Shown: positions 1 through 11,800 of the stretch, in pieces
How positions within the stretch are numbered: the first letter of the stretch is position 1
Layout: every line of letters begins with the position of its first letter
Assembly: GCA_964270895.1 (NCBI GenBank)
Contig: OZ185436.1
Length of the DNA: 64,000 bases
Origin: Podarcis filfolensis
Lineage: Eukaryota
Direction: 5' to 3' (one strand)
Notes under the pieces: generated by a model
What the model was told of the DNA's origin: nothing
Seen by the model: the letters and a program-made list of their open reading frames with translations, nothing else
Databases searched by the model: none
Translations under genes and position numbers: made by a program

Positions 1-85
1 TAGTACTCCAAGGAGTTGCTGCTTTTTCTTTACAGGAAATATGCAAGACCAGTAACACCATTCAGAGCCTTTCTACCACCTAGAT

Positions 86-222
86 CTGGAATGGGAACAT
101 GTGGTCCTACAAATGTTGCTGGACTACAACTTCCATCATTTGTGACCAATTGCCATAGTGGTTGGTGCCAATGGGAGTTGTAGTCCAACAACATCTGGAG
201 GTCCACAGGCTCCCCAATCTTG
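86..222. mobile_element. Decayed hAT MITE (ccctccagatg/gactacaactccc family); other decayed copies at ~7927-8045, 27608-27705, 47055-47186, 56492-56640
   Basis: Shares the gactacaac...gttgtagtc...catctggagg core with the 48745 and 51887 MITEs. Confidence 0.6.
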
Positions 223-699
223 ACTTGGAGAGCTTTAACTTTGTCTTAGAGGCGGCATATGGATCAACATGACTTATTTGATTATGGGTCACCTGACTTT
301 TCCAGACTATTTTTTAATCTAAAAAGGATATATTTGTGAGAGCAGGCATCATAAACACAACTAGGTCTCCTGTCCTTACAATTCACACAAGAAGTTTATT
401 TGGCCTCAGAACCCCAAGAGAGAAACAGAACCATTCTAACCCAGCCCATCTCTGCTTCTGCTATCCCACTTCATTGTCTGCCACTTTAGAATCACTGAGC
501 ATGGGACTGACCAAGCCCTTTTAACTATTTCCCCCTACATTTGCAGGTGAACTTTGACAGGTTCCAATCACCCAACATGATAACGATGCTGCATGATTCG
601 CAGGTGGATGGTCCTGCCCACCTATAAAAATTGGCCCATGGGGCTGGGGGAGATAAAGATCTGGCCCAGCAGGGCCAAATGCTTCCCCACCCCTGCTCT

Positions 700-1325
700 A
701 TGGGGAGGGTGATCATCTGCTCTGTACACAGATGATCTCAGTTTCAATCTTTGGTGTCTCCAGGTAGAGCTGGAAATGCTCCTTGTGTGAAATCCTGAAC
801 TGCCACTACCAGTCAATGTAGACTTGGGAGTGGAGATGCCTAGTGGCTGGGTCCCTTCCTCTCCAAAGGTCAACTTGGACAGCTGGGCCACCCACCAGTC
901 AATTACCTGATGCCAGCAAAGGGGTTTGCCGAAACCCTTTTTTGGCTGTCAGCACCGATTGGTTATTAGTGCCAAGAGCTCTTTTTTTGAAGGAGACTGC
1001 ATTAGGGAATTCCTGTTGGGAACTTCCTAGTGCAGACAATCCCCCATGACAGTGGTCAACAAGGATCAATCAGGTGTACTTTAACCTTCCAAATGTTCTT
1101 TTGCAGCTACTATCTTTACATGCCCCACAGATAATGACACATATGATATCATATGTGAGGCAAGTGGCCATGGTTTTTTTGGGGGGGAGAACCTCAGGGG
1201 CCAAATTAGGGCCCCTGCTAGGCCTAATTAAGCTCACAGGGTAGACGTTCCCTACTGCTGCTGTAAACAATACTGAGCTAGATAGATCAATCATTTGACT
1301 TGGCATAAGGCAGCTTCCTATATTC
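700..1325 (+). mobile_element. Probable Squam2-like SINE split by a ~420-bp unidentified insertion
   Basis: 710-830 and 1255-1325 resemble consecutive parts of the common squamate repeat ...ctccaggtagggctgg...ccagtcagtgtagacaatactgagctagatgg...taaggcagcttcctat (from recall). Confidence 0.45.
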
Positions 1326-1828
1326 TTCCTCCCCTCATTGCAGCTTGGTGGTAACTGGAGAAAGAGCACATCTTGCTGTACCACAACCACATTTATCTGT
1401 CTGTCAATAGCAAGGGGAGGATGTACCTCACACTGTCTTGAGTTGTACCTAGTCCCAAGCAGTATCAAGCCCCACTACTTGGTTATAACAAAGATATCAA
1501 GCGGACATATTACACTCCATGGCTTGAGACTACTTGCAGTTAATTGCACAGTCCTGGCTTTGCCTCGTGTGTATGCTCATTTCCAGTGCAACCCACTTTC
1601 TACTGTGTTGTGGGTTGATTTAATGAGCTACTGACTCACCATAAAAGTTATGTTCAAAGTGGACCTTGAATGGAAATCAGTTAGGTCCTGACTTGGCATT
1701 TGAAATGAGCAAAGAATGTATGAATCCAGTGAAGGGGCCAGATTCAAACTAACCAGTCCTGCTACTGGAAACCCACACAGACTTTTGCTAGTGCAACAGG
1801 TCTTCCCCAGCCTTTCCTTCCAATTGGC

Positions 1829-1853
1829 TGTGTGTGTGTGTGTGTGTGTGTGT
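1829..1853. repeat. (TG)n microsatellite in MANF intron 2
   Basis: Direct reading. Confidence 0.95.
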
Positions 1854-2754
1854 ATTGGGAGAATCCCCAGAACATACACACCAAGGCTGACGTTTAAAAT
1901 TAAAATTGACAAGGCAAAAGTGCTGTTGGTTAAATAAAAATGTTTTCAGAGACTAGGCATAGAATGTATTTTCCCCAGGGCTATCAGCTCTTGGAAAAAC
2001 CAGGTCCATGTTTGGGAGGCCTCTTGGAAAGAGCATTGCTCTCAGCTGCCCAAGTGGTGACTACTGTTAAAGGACTTCTGCACAGGGTTGTGTGGCAGCT
2101 GCACGCTTTAAAACAAAACAAAAAACAGGTTTACGCCTTGTTACATATGCCCCACTTATACATCTAAGTTGGATGACTGCAACACACTTTTCTAAATTTA
2201 TTAAATAAGAATTTCTTATAAGAATCTCAGTGGTGCTTGCTTGAGCACAATACTTTGTCAGCGCAATACAGGTGTCTTATAAGAAGCTGTGCATTTAGTA
2301 TTGTGGGCCCAACTCTATGGAACAACCTCCTGGCTGAGATCAGATAGGCCTCTTCCCCACTTCAGTGCTTAGTGAAGCCCTTTTTATTTCAGCCAGCACA
2401 TTAAGCAAGTTTTTTATGCCTAATTTGAACTGATTGTATCTCTTCTGTATCATTATTGCAGGCCGCTTAGAAACTACAGTGTGAACCCATTTATAAATTG
2501 TTGGAATATATATACAAACAGACAGGTGCATTCACTATTTCCTGTCTTAAGTTATGTTTTTTATTCCAATTACGACCAGAACTTCACCAGCTTCAATGGA
2601 CATTCCCTCCTTCAACTGTCACCTGGCATTTTTTAAAAAAAACTAAGCCTGTGCAGAGGGACTCTCCTGTTTTAATTAGCTGCACAAACTGCCGTTTCAG
2701 CTGAAGAATGAGGCAGAAATGTTTAAAATACATAACCCAGTTACAAATACTTAC

Positions 2755-2882
2755 CAGACGGTTCTCTTTGCCTTTTGCTTCTTTACAGGATTTTAAAAGT
2801 TCTTTTTCAATACTGTTTGGTGTGAACTCAACATTCTTCTCCTTTAGGCTCTGGTAGAATCTTCCCAAGAATGAAACACACA
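2755..2882 (-). CDS. MANF: MANF coding exon 2 (128 nt)
   Basis: acag acceptor, gtaagt donor, in frame with exon 1. Confidence 0.95.
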
Positions 2883-5032
2883 CTGTAAAGCGAAGGAGAT
2901 ATAATGCTGAAATGAACTTCTTCCCCGAAATTCTCCTCTCTTCTTTTTAACTTACACAAAATGAATGAAGCATAGCAGATCGAAAGCCAACACTCTAGTG
3001 TAGGAGATGAACTACTGGGCATATTTATGACAGCAGACTACCTTGTCAAGGGGCATGTTTCATACAACATGGCAGTCCAAATCCGTTCTTAGCTACAACA
3101 GGGGTAGCTACCCTTTCTCACATTAATCTTTGGGCAGGGTTGGATGTGGCCACAGTTTTGCACACAGCCTGTCTCCCCAGCTGATTCATGAAGACCAGCT
3201 GAGGGGGGAGTGTCATCACTTCTTCTCTGCTTATCAAATATTTAATCCAATGACTGGGGTAGGAGCAATTTGCATTCTCAGTGGGATGCTAGATCTAGCC
3301 ACCCCAATGTGATGCCTTTTTTTGCTGCCACTGCCAAAATTAATGGAGAATTTGAGGGGCGGGGAGGCGGACGGTGTCAGGCACCTGGACTGGGGCATCA
3401 CCTCTGTCTTATAAGATGTTTGTGCCTTGGCTGAGCCATATTCTCTCTGTTAAGATCAAAAGTCTATAGCTGAGATGTGCTAGGGAAAATAATACAACCC
3501 AGAATGGCTGTGTGTTATCAACCATGAATTAGCAGCACTCTGCACATGATTAAAAACACTATTATTCCTTGTGTTCCAAGGATGAAACTTTGTATTGAAA
3601 ACTGGTTCGTTCCAGAAACAAACTCTGGCTTCAGTCAAGTCATGAAACAAATATACATAAATAAAAGCAGCTCCTCAAGCTGCTGCTCATTCATTTAAGG
3701 GTTGAACAATTAGAAATCCTGGAACACAGTCTTCTGCATTAGTGTGTAACCAGGAACATAAGTACCGTAGAGGAGACCTTCAGCCTGTGGGTGTAACCAT
3801 TTACTAAGTCATACAAGGGAGGACCCATACATGTCATTACAATTATAGAGACTATATCACACTGTAGATATAATTCACAACATATCCTACTTAGTATCAA
3901 TCTGAAGGTCACGATTACAGAAATGAATGAGGTAAGAGTTTGTTTAGGCAACTTATAACCCACATCCTAGGAGTTCTGGGCAGGTCACAATAAAGCAGAG
4001 CCTGTTTAAAACATATATCCAAAGGGGGGAAAGGGAATACACTAATATCAAACATAAAAAGCACTAATGCCCCAGAGTCTGAAAAGCCAGTCTGATTTCC
4101 ACCTAGTGCCTGTGTGCCAGTAGTCTGTGGGAGCAAAGGAATTTCAGAAGGAAAGACATTCCTGAGCTAGGGTGCCACAGCAGAAAAGGCCCCCACCCAC
4201 ACACCAGTGTCAAATGTACAGTTCCCAGCAGCAGGAAGTTGAGGGGGGCTTCCCTGGAAGCTCCCAACTCAGGGGCAGGAGGATACAGCCCAAAACCTGG
4301 CACAATCCTTTTAACTGCCCTTCCTTCGCTAGCAGCAGCAACAACGAACCAACCCCACTTCTTCATTATAGATGCAGCACCCTGACAACTACCATGAGCC
4401 CCCAGTGCAGTAATGGTGACCTCAAAGCTACACCAAGACATGTGGGTCTATCCCTACTCCTTATATAAGCAGCTTCTGGGGAAACCCCTTTGGAAGCTGC
4501 ATCTTCTCAATGGGCTTCACAGCGACAGAGCAAGCAGGACACTTGAACCCCCTCTCCCCTTCTTCTCCAAAGCCCCCGCAGCCACCCGCACTGATGCTCG
4601 CCTTCTTGGTTCAAACCGACTCGCTGGCTGGCAGCTACAAGAGCTTCTCCTTCCCCATGGCAGCCTTGCGATGTGGGGGTCCAGCGTCCCTCCCATTGAG
4701 AGGAAAGCGGCACCGGGCCGGGGAAAGCAGCGTGGAAGCAGCGGCTGAGGCAAGACTCGCCTCCGGTTTCCAAGCCAAGGGGAGGCCGTGGTCGTGAAGG
4801 GGAGGCGCCGTTGCCACCTGGCCACCCCAGCAACGCGCTCCCTCCTTCCCTCCCTCCGCGAAGCCCCGGGGGCCCCTTCCGCCCTCCGCGCCCGTCGCTG
4901 CTCAGACCATCCACGCGGGGCCGGCGACTCACCTTCGCAGTCTCCCTCCCGCAGAGCGTGGCTCTCCCCAGGGAGCAGGATCAAGGCCAGCGCCGCCCAG
5001 AGCCCGTTGGCTGCCCGCATCCTCCCTCTCAT
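2755..5032 (-). CDS. MANF: Mesencephalic astrocyte-derived neurotrophic factor (ARMET), exons 1-2; exons 3-4 not found in window (left of position 1)
   Basis: The spliced product [76 protein letters not shown] has a signal peptide and the MANF saposin-like N-terminus. Confidence 0.96.
4933..5032 (-). CDS. MANF: MANF coding exon 1 (100 nt; two in-frame ATGs at 5032 and 5020)
   Basis: ATG with G at -3; G|gtgagt donor. Confidence 0.94.
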
Positions 5033-5238
5033 CGCCCGCCTCGGCCGCTCGCTCGGCTCGTACTGAAGAAAAGCCCCTCCACAGCCGGCTCCTTGACGAC
5101 ACGCTCGCCGCCCACCCGCAACCCGATTGGCTGCCCTGCCCCTCTTCCTGCTACGTACGAGGCTGCCATTGGAGCACTCCGTTGCAAGTCTCCACGCTCC
5201 CTTTGCCGGTTGGCCAGGCGGGCTTTCGGGACAGTAGA

Positions 5239-5257
5239 GTTGGCGGCCGCCGATTGG
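5239..5257 (-). promoter_or_regulatory. ER-stress response element (ERSE)-like: CCAAT-cggcggccg-CCAAC
   Basis: Exact N9 spacing of the CCAAT-N9-CCACG consensus; MANF is a known unfolded-protein-response target. Confidence 0.65.
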
Positions 5258-6339
5258 ACAAGCCGCCTCCGAATGAAACGAGGGAGTCGTCGCGCACTTT
5301 GAGCGCGAAGCGTGCCCAGCGGCGGAGCCCTAGCAGTTTACGGCAAAGGTGTAAGGAGGCGGAGTTCGCCATATTTGTTTCGGGCACGATTTCGCGCCGT
5401 CACCACTGCCGGCCCGCCTCGGGCTGTGCTTCCCACGGCCCTTGAAGCGCAGAGGGGCAAGTGCACGTGTGGAAGGAAGGGCCCATCCCCGAGCCGGAAG
5501 CTGGCGTTTGTTAGGAGCCAGTTCTTCTTTGCGAACGAGCAGCTTTTTGGTTAGGAGAAGGTGGCATTGCAGCAATAGGGGCGCAAGTGGGACCGGAGCC
5601 CATCTGCGGGAGACCAGTGGCACCTCCGGGCCTCGCGGGTAAAGGATAAGGCCCGCTTTAAGTGGGCTGCCATTAATCCAAAGGATGCACAAGGGTCCTA
5701 CAAACCGTGAGCTCAGGGTTTCAAAATCAGTCTGCCATAGCAATGAGAAGAACTTTGGAGTAGCGGCTGTAGCAACAGCAGCAATAAACATTGGTCTGAA
5801 ACGGGAGATGCCCCACGTGCGTGGCAGCTGTGCCACGTCTAGAATATGTGTGTGTTGGGCAAGAGGGCACTCCCACTAATCTGGAATATGCAAGGCCTGC
5901 AGACCAGCCATTTTCAGGGGCACCTAGGAATGCATATGTTCTTGCCAAAGGCATTTACAAGCGTATTTGAGAGACACTCATTTGGAGCGGGAGATTGGAG
6001 CCAAACGCTAGAAAGGGAAATGTTTTAATATACAAATTATAAGCCTCACATGGTGGAGACATAAAAATTCTTAGTGCGGTGTGGGACCTTTTAAGTAAAG
6101 TGTGCAACACACATTTTACATTACATAGGTATTTCTTTGCAACATACCTGCACTCCTTTTAGCTGGATTACGATTCAGAATTATAAAAGGAAAGTCACCA
6201 GCTCCATCCTCTCCCCACAGTATTTATTTGTGCTACACATAATGCCCATGAAAGTAGAATGCATCACTACACTGACAGGTAATTGCAGCAAAATGAGATT
6301 ATAGAATAAACAAAGTTTGCTTTTGCATTGGTATGTATA

Positions 6340-6698
6340 GTAAAAGTAAAGGTACCCCTGCCCGTACGGGCCAGTCTTGACAGACTCTAGGGTTGTGCGC
6401 TCAACTCACTCTATAGGCCGGGAGCCAGCGCTGTCCGCAGACACTTCCGGGTCACGTGGCCAGCGTGACAAGCTGCATCTGGCGAGCCAGCGCAGCACAC
6501 GGAACGCCGTTTACCTTCCCGCTGGTAAGCGGTCCCTATTTATCTACTTGCACCCGGGGGTGCTTTCGAACTGCTAAGTTGGCAGGCGCTGGGACCAAAT
6601 GATGGGAGCGCACCCCGCCGCGGGGATTCGAACCGCCGACCATGCGATCGGCAAGTCCTAGGTGCTGAGGTTTTACTCACAGCGCCACCCGCGTCCCT
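6340..6698 (-). mobile_element. Sauria SINE (Squam1), full length
   Basis: tRNA-derived head gggacgcgggtggcgctg...ggttcgaatccc, acct-type tail, 13-bp TSD attggtatgtata (6327-6339 / 6699-6711). Confidence 0.93.
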
Positions 6699-8809
6699 AT
6701 TGGTATGTATACACATGAATAATTAGCACTATTTCCCATATTTGCTATGTGTAGGTTTCCTTTTTTTCTCACCAGCTGTTGAAACCAACTTTTTGCTCAC
6801 CCTGGAGGAACTGGCACAGCCCAACTTTAATGTAGAAGTTGAAGCAAAAATAGGAATAGAATGCAGCTCCGTCTTGTGTACTTGGGGAGAATTGCCTTGT
6901 TTTTTTGCTTGCCTGGAGTGGTTATTGCTGAGTTGGGTCATGGCATGAGAGTTAAGCCTCTCCCGGCACAGAGTTCTGGTATGTGATGAAGATGCTGAAT
7001 ATTAAACAGCCTATCAGCTGATCATCTATAGCCATATCTTTGTTAAGAGTGATGAAAATGCACGCCAACCATAATCAGAGTATTTATTTATTTTTAGCAC
7101 AGAACTTATTTAAAACCAACAATTGGTTCCTTAAACTGTAAAATCCATTACATCTTAGATTAATTACAGAGTATCTAATTTCTGCAACCCATATTTAAAC
7201 ATTATTTTACTAGATACATTTTGGAAAAAAATATATATCCATATGTATATAGACACACTCAAGTCATTCACATGTGCTGACGAAAGTCTCTTCTCTATGC
7301 AACAGAATGAAAATGTAGACATGCCTCTCTCTTTCCCCACAAAGAAGGAAAAGCGGAATGAGAAGTGGGGGGAGACACCCTCCTTTATCACTCACTGCAT
7401 GTTTCCCCCATAGCCAAGAGTTGCTTCGGACAGCATCCACCAAAAACAGTACTTGGCTTCGGAGGCAGCTTCTGATTCTTCTACGTCTTTAACCAAGCCT
7501 ACCTCACCCTTTTATTTCAACCCATTCTTATGCCCAATAGATTTCTGCTTGATATGGCCTATAGAAATGCTGAAGTTAAGATGAGATCCTGGAGAACCTG
7601 GAGATGTTGCAAGGTACTAGATAGAAATTGAGTGACTGAAGGTTCCTACACCTTTGAAAGACAAAAGGAGCACAATTCCACTGAATCTTAACAATTTGTA
7701 CTATTTATATGGGCAATTCAATAGCAGGCAATTGTCTCATTTCCTTGTTGCTAAATGAGTTGGCTCCCAAGACTGCAGTTATAACTTAAATATCTCAGGC
7801 AAATCCTTTTTATGTTAAGAATGGACCACTTACCTTGCATTCCTTTTCTTAACTTAGCTAAGCATTGCCTCGCTTTATTTTTGCTAAAGGACATATTTTC
7901 AGCTTACTTCACCTGCCTTTAAGGCTAACCTGTGGTGCTCCAGAAGTTGCTGGGACTCCCAGCTCCCACACAAGCACAAAAAGAAAAAGTCAAGGCTAAG
8001 GACTGATAGGAGTTATAGTCCAATGATATCTGGATGGCCAGTAGTTTGTCTAGTGGATAAAAAGCTTACCTTCATTCTGTGGGACGCTGCTCTGACAGAC
8101 TAGAATAGTAACTTTGAAACTTGAGGCTTGCCTCCAAGTCTAATCACCCGTCAGTGAACTCAGGTTGAAATATCACATAGATCAAGGTAGATACTATAGA
8201 GCTTGTGTTTACATGGTTCAAACTCCATCGCTTTGAAGATGTAGTCAGGCAAACAAGGTGTGTATAACTTGTAATGCCCAGAGAAAATGCATCTTCATAC
8301 AGTGCAGGTTAATGGGAAATGCACTTAATGGTGCACATCCTGTCTTAGTTGGTCTGGGTGCCTATATGCACAGATGGTAGATATTTAGATTTATCCTTTT
8401 TGCACACAAGAAGCAATCAAAGGTCTATACTGCGTCTGATCTGTGCATGTAACCCTCTCTCCCTGCTACCCCCTCTACATAGAGAAACTGACTGATGGAT
8501 CAATTATTTCTGTTAACTGTAATAAGTTATCTTTATGGTAAGTATTCTAAATAGTATTTGGGCCTTGTTAGAAAACAACCCTCACCCCAGATTTTGTTAT
8601 GAAAGAAACACATATATGGGGTGGCCAAAGTACTATTTCTTTAATGGGAAAAGTGCGTCCTGCACTGGAGTGGACGAGCACACAGCCTCCAAGAACTCCT
8701 TGGGAAGAAGAGCAATTGAACAGAATGAAAAATGGTTGTGAAATGACATGGCAATACTGTGTGTGGTGGGGAGATGGCGGGAGGTGGATCCCTGCTCATG
8801 TTTGGCCCT

Positions 8810-11800
8810 TTCATTATATTTTATCTTTTTATTAATTGTTCATATTTTAACAGAATTACAATTATATATGATCAAATAAACTATACATTCAACAGCATTA
8901 AAATAGACAATATTCACATCAGTAGTAATATATTAATACAACAATATACTCAGAATCAGTATGTTGACATAAAAAAAACCAAGAAAAAAAAAATAAGCAA
9001 GTATTTTAAGTTGCTGTTAAAGGGCTTAAAGAGTTCATACATGTTTGAATGGGAGAATGCTCAGCCTCAAGACGAGATTGGGGAACAAAATTAAAGGTTA
9101 CAAAATGGCGTACAAAGGAGCTGTGCTGCTTGTTGCCAGTGATGTCACAGACACTGCAATAGGTACTTATACTTGCATAACCACATTCTACATAGCACTC
9201 ACTATTATATCAGGTAGAGGTAGGGGGAAGAGACAATATTATCTCAGCAACAAAATAATCATTGTTCTGAGTGCTGGGAAATGTGCTGAGTAGAGGAAAG
9301 ATGTTTGATGGTGTGCGCATCTATCTGTATTTGGAAAGGACCTCACAATCCCCCCTGAATAGGTTTTAGTGGAGATGGTCTGCTTCTGAATACCAGTCGC
9401 TGGGAATTACAAGTGGAGAGAGCACTGCTGCACTCAGGTCCAACTTGTGGGCTTCCCATGGGCATGTGGTTGGCCACTGTGGGGACAGGATGCTGGACTA
9501 GATGGGTCCTTGCCCTGACCCAGCAGGGTCTTAGGTTCGTAGGTAGTGTTCAACTTCCCTAAGACCACCCTCACTATACTCATCAGCTGGCTAAAGCTTA
9601 ACAAAAGACCTGAGCCCAGGAAGAAATCCAAAGTTGCCCCCATATTATGCCATCATATTTGCTAAGTGATGGGTTGAGCTGCTGTTTTTGTTCCATTCCT
9701 ATCTTTCATCCATTCAGTCTGACTCAAAAGATATTAGGCATGCCTGTTTTCCATGTGTTGCACATGGTTTTCTGCTTCTGAATTTATCTGCAATAATTCT
9801 CGTTATGTATTTAATAATTAGCCGTGAGTGTGATGGGGCATTCCCTATTCTGGTCCTTACACTGCTTTTCCGTGAGTAGGAAAATTGCTGCCAACGCTCT
9901 AAGTCCAGCTCCAGAAGCTGCTTCCTGGTGTGGTTACTGCTCAGATGCAGGGCATGTTTCTGTTTTGATAGAAGAGGAGTCTAAAGGCAAAACCAATGCA
10001 GCTTGTGATTGGCAACAAAGGCCAAGCTATTTCAATGAACTTGGACACACGGTGGTAATTGGCTGTCACAGAGTGCTAAAACATTAGAGAAAGCCAGTCA
10101 GAGAATCCATGAGTATTCTGCAGGGCAGTTCACTAGGTGTGGGATTATTCTACCTCTTTGGGTCCCATAAAGCAAGATGAAAACCTTTTCTAGCGAGAAG
10201 CAAGTATCCCCTTTTCTTCTAGCAACAAGGTTTCATCATCTAGGGATTTACTGGTTACAATGCTTTTTTTAAAAAAAAGTGAAAATGGTACCCACAAATC
10301 TTGGGGAAAGTATTTTTAGTTAGGGATAATACTGCTGGGTAAAACACGGTTAGTTAATAACAGATGATCTTATCAATTTCCCTATGAAGTAGATTGCAGC
10401 ATTCTTCCCATTTTCCTGATTTTTCAGTAGTTTCCCACCCCTAAACTTATTGGTGTGTAATTTCAATTGACAGCACCTGAACAGGAAATCTGTAGGAGAT
10501 CAACATCATGAGAGTTTACTGAGCACCAGCTTTTATATGTAAGATACATTGTGGCATCTGAATAAATATCTCATGGGTACCTTGGAGCATCTGCTCAATG
10601 CTTTTTAATATCAAGTATTAATTTTTAATTCAACATCACAGCAGTTGAGTGAATGGGGAAGGGAAGGGAGGAAAATCCAAAACAAAACAGCAGATATTTA
10701 CACCTAAAATTCACATCACTTATTTGTTGGTTCCATAAACATGCTATCACAATATATACAATGAAATATCTTTAGGACTCTGGTACAAATATTTTGTTTC
10801 CTTTTAAGGTTTGCTTTTCCTTACAGTTATGATAGGTTTTCCGAACATGAATACACAAAAAGAGAACTGGTTGTGGGGGTTGTGGTTGCCGTTGTTTTAA
10901 ACAACAACAGATTGCCATAGGTTAAAAATACATTTACAGGGCAGAGTACCAGTCAGACACCACAATCTATACATTTTTTGCTCAATTTCCTGTACAAATA
11001 CACAGCATTCGTGGGATATTTACATGAAACATGATGGGGAAACAAATTAAGCAACATGATATCACCTCCCTAAATTTCCTGCTCACTCGTTCTTCCTTAG
11101 GAAAGATATGATTTAGTCCCCTTTTACAGCGTAAAGGGGAAAAAAATGAGTGTGGGGATGTTTGTGAGGGAAAGAATCCCTATACCTTTGCTATGGCAAC
11201 AAAATCCAATTATATTTCCTACTACAAACAGGAATTACTTCTTCCTATTTTTCAATCACCCATGTCTTTAAACCTTCCTTCTACTTCAGGCAAAGGACAA
11301 GAACACCATATTTTGGAGCAGTTTATACCTATTCCAAAGTATCATGATTGTATGTGCTACTTTGTTGTCCAAAGATATGTTTCCATTTTGCTCTCTGTGT
11401 CCAACTCAATTATTATGTTGCTTTTTTATAGGTTGGCTTTCAAAGCCATGTCAGCACATATTCCCCCCTCTCAATGGGGCTTGTGCTGGTGGCCTGAATA
11501 CCTAGTAAGTAATTTTAGTAATGCAGCATAGGATACCCAATTCAGCAACTAGAAATCCATCCTGATTTATCGGATGCTAAGTTCTCGCCAACTGCAATAC
11601 AGTGGAAACTCATTTTAAAATTGCATCCATGTACACACATAGAGACCTTCCTTTTAGAAAGCCACCAAAGCACACCAAACGTTATGTAGAAATTGGAAAG
11701 CTTTAGTTACTACATCTAAATTTGCTTCCCTCAATGGAATCTGAAGGTTGAGTGTTATGAAAGTAGCTGATATTTGCTTACATCTGCCAACTCATTACCT

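Larger units (their letters stand above)
4640..5700. promoter_or_regulatory. CpG island / MANF promoter
   Basis: Sharp rise in GC and CpG. Three CCAAT boxes in MANF orientation (5126-5130, 5168-5172, 5253-5257), YY1-like CGCCATATT 5367-5375, E2F-like TTTCGCGC 5390-5397, E-box CACGTG 5464-5469, ETS CCGGAAG 5494-5500. Confidence 0.9.

Noticed and set aside
4507-5836. Many overlapping 100-170 aa ORFs around the CpG island
   Set aside because: Expected from high GC and stop-codon scarcity; only the MANF exon-1 part (5032-4933) has a recognisable product and splice signal.
6600-6698. tRNA-like sequence with ggttcgaatccc (also at 57256-57340 and 20130-20189)
   Set aside because: These are SINE heads with tails and TSDs, not tRNA genes; no full cloverleaf or CCA context.
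6980-7000. GTGATGA...CTGA resembling snoRNA C/D boxes
   Set aside because: The boxes are only a few nt apart, there is no terminal stem, and the site is not in an intron of a host gene.
7420-7470. Two CTTCGG (UUCG tetraloop-like) motifs
   Set aside because: The flanks do not form stems beyond the closing pair.
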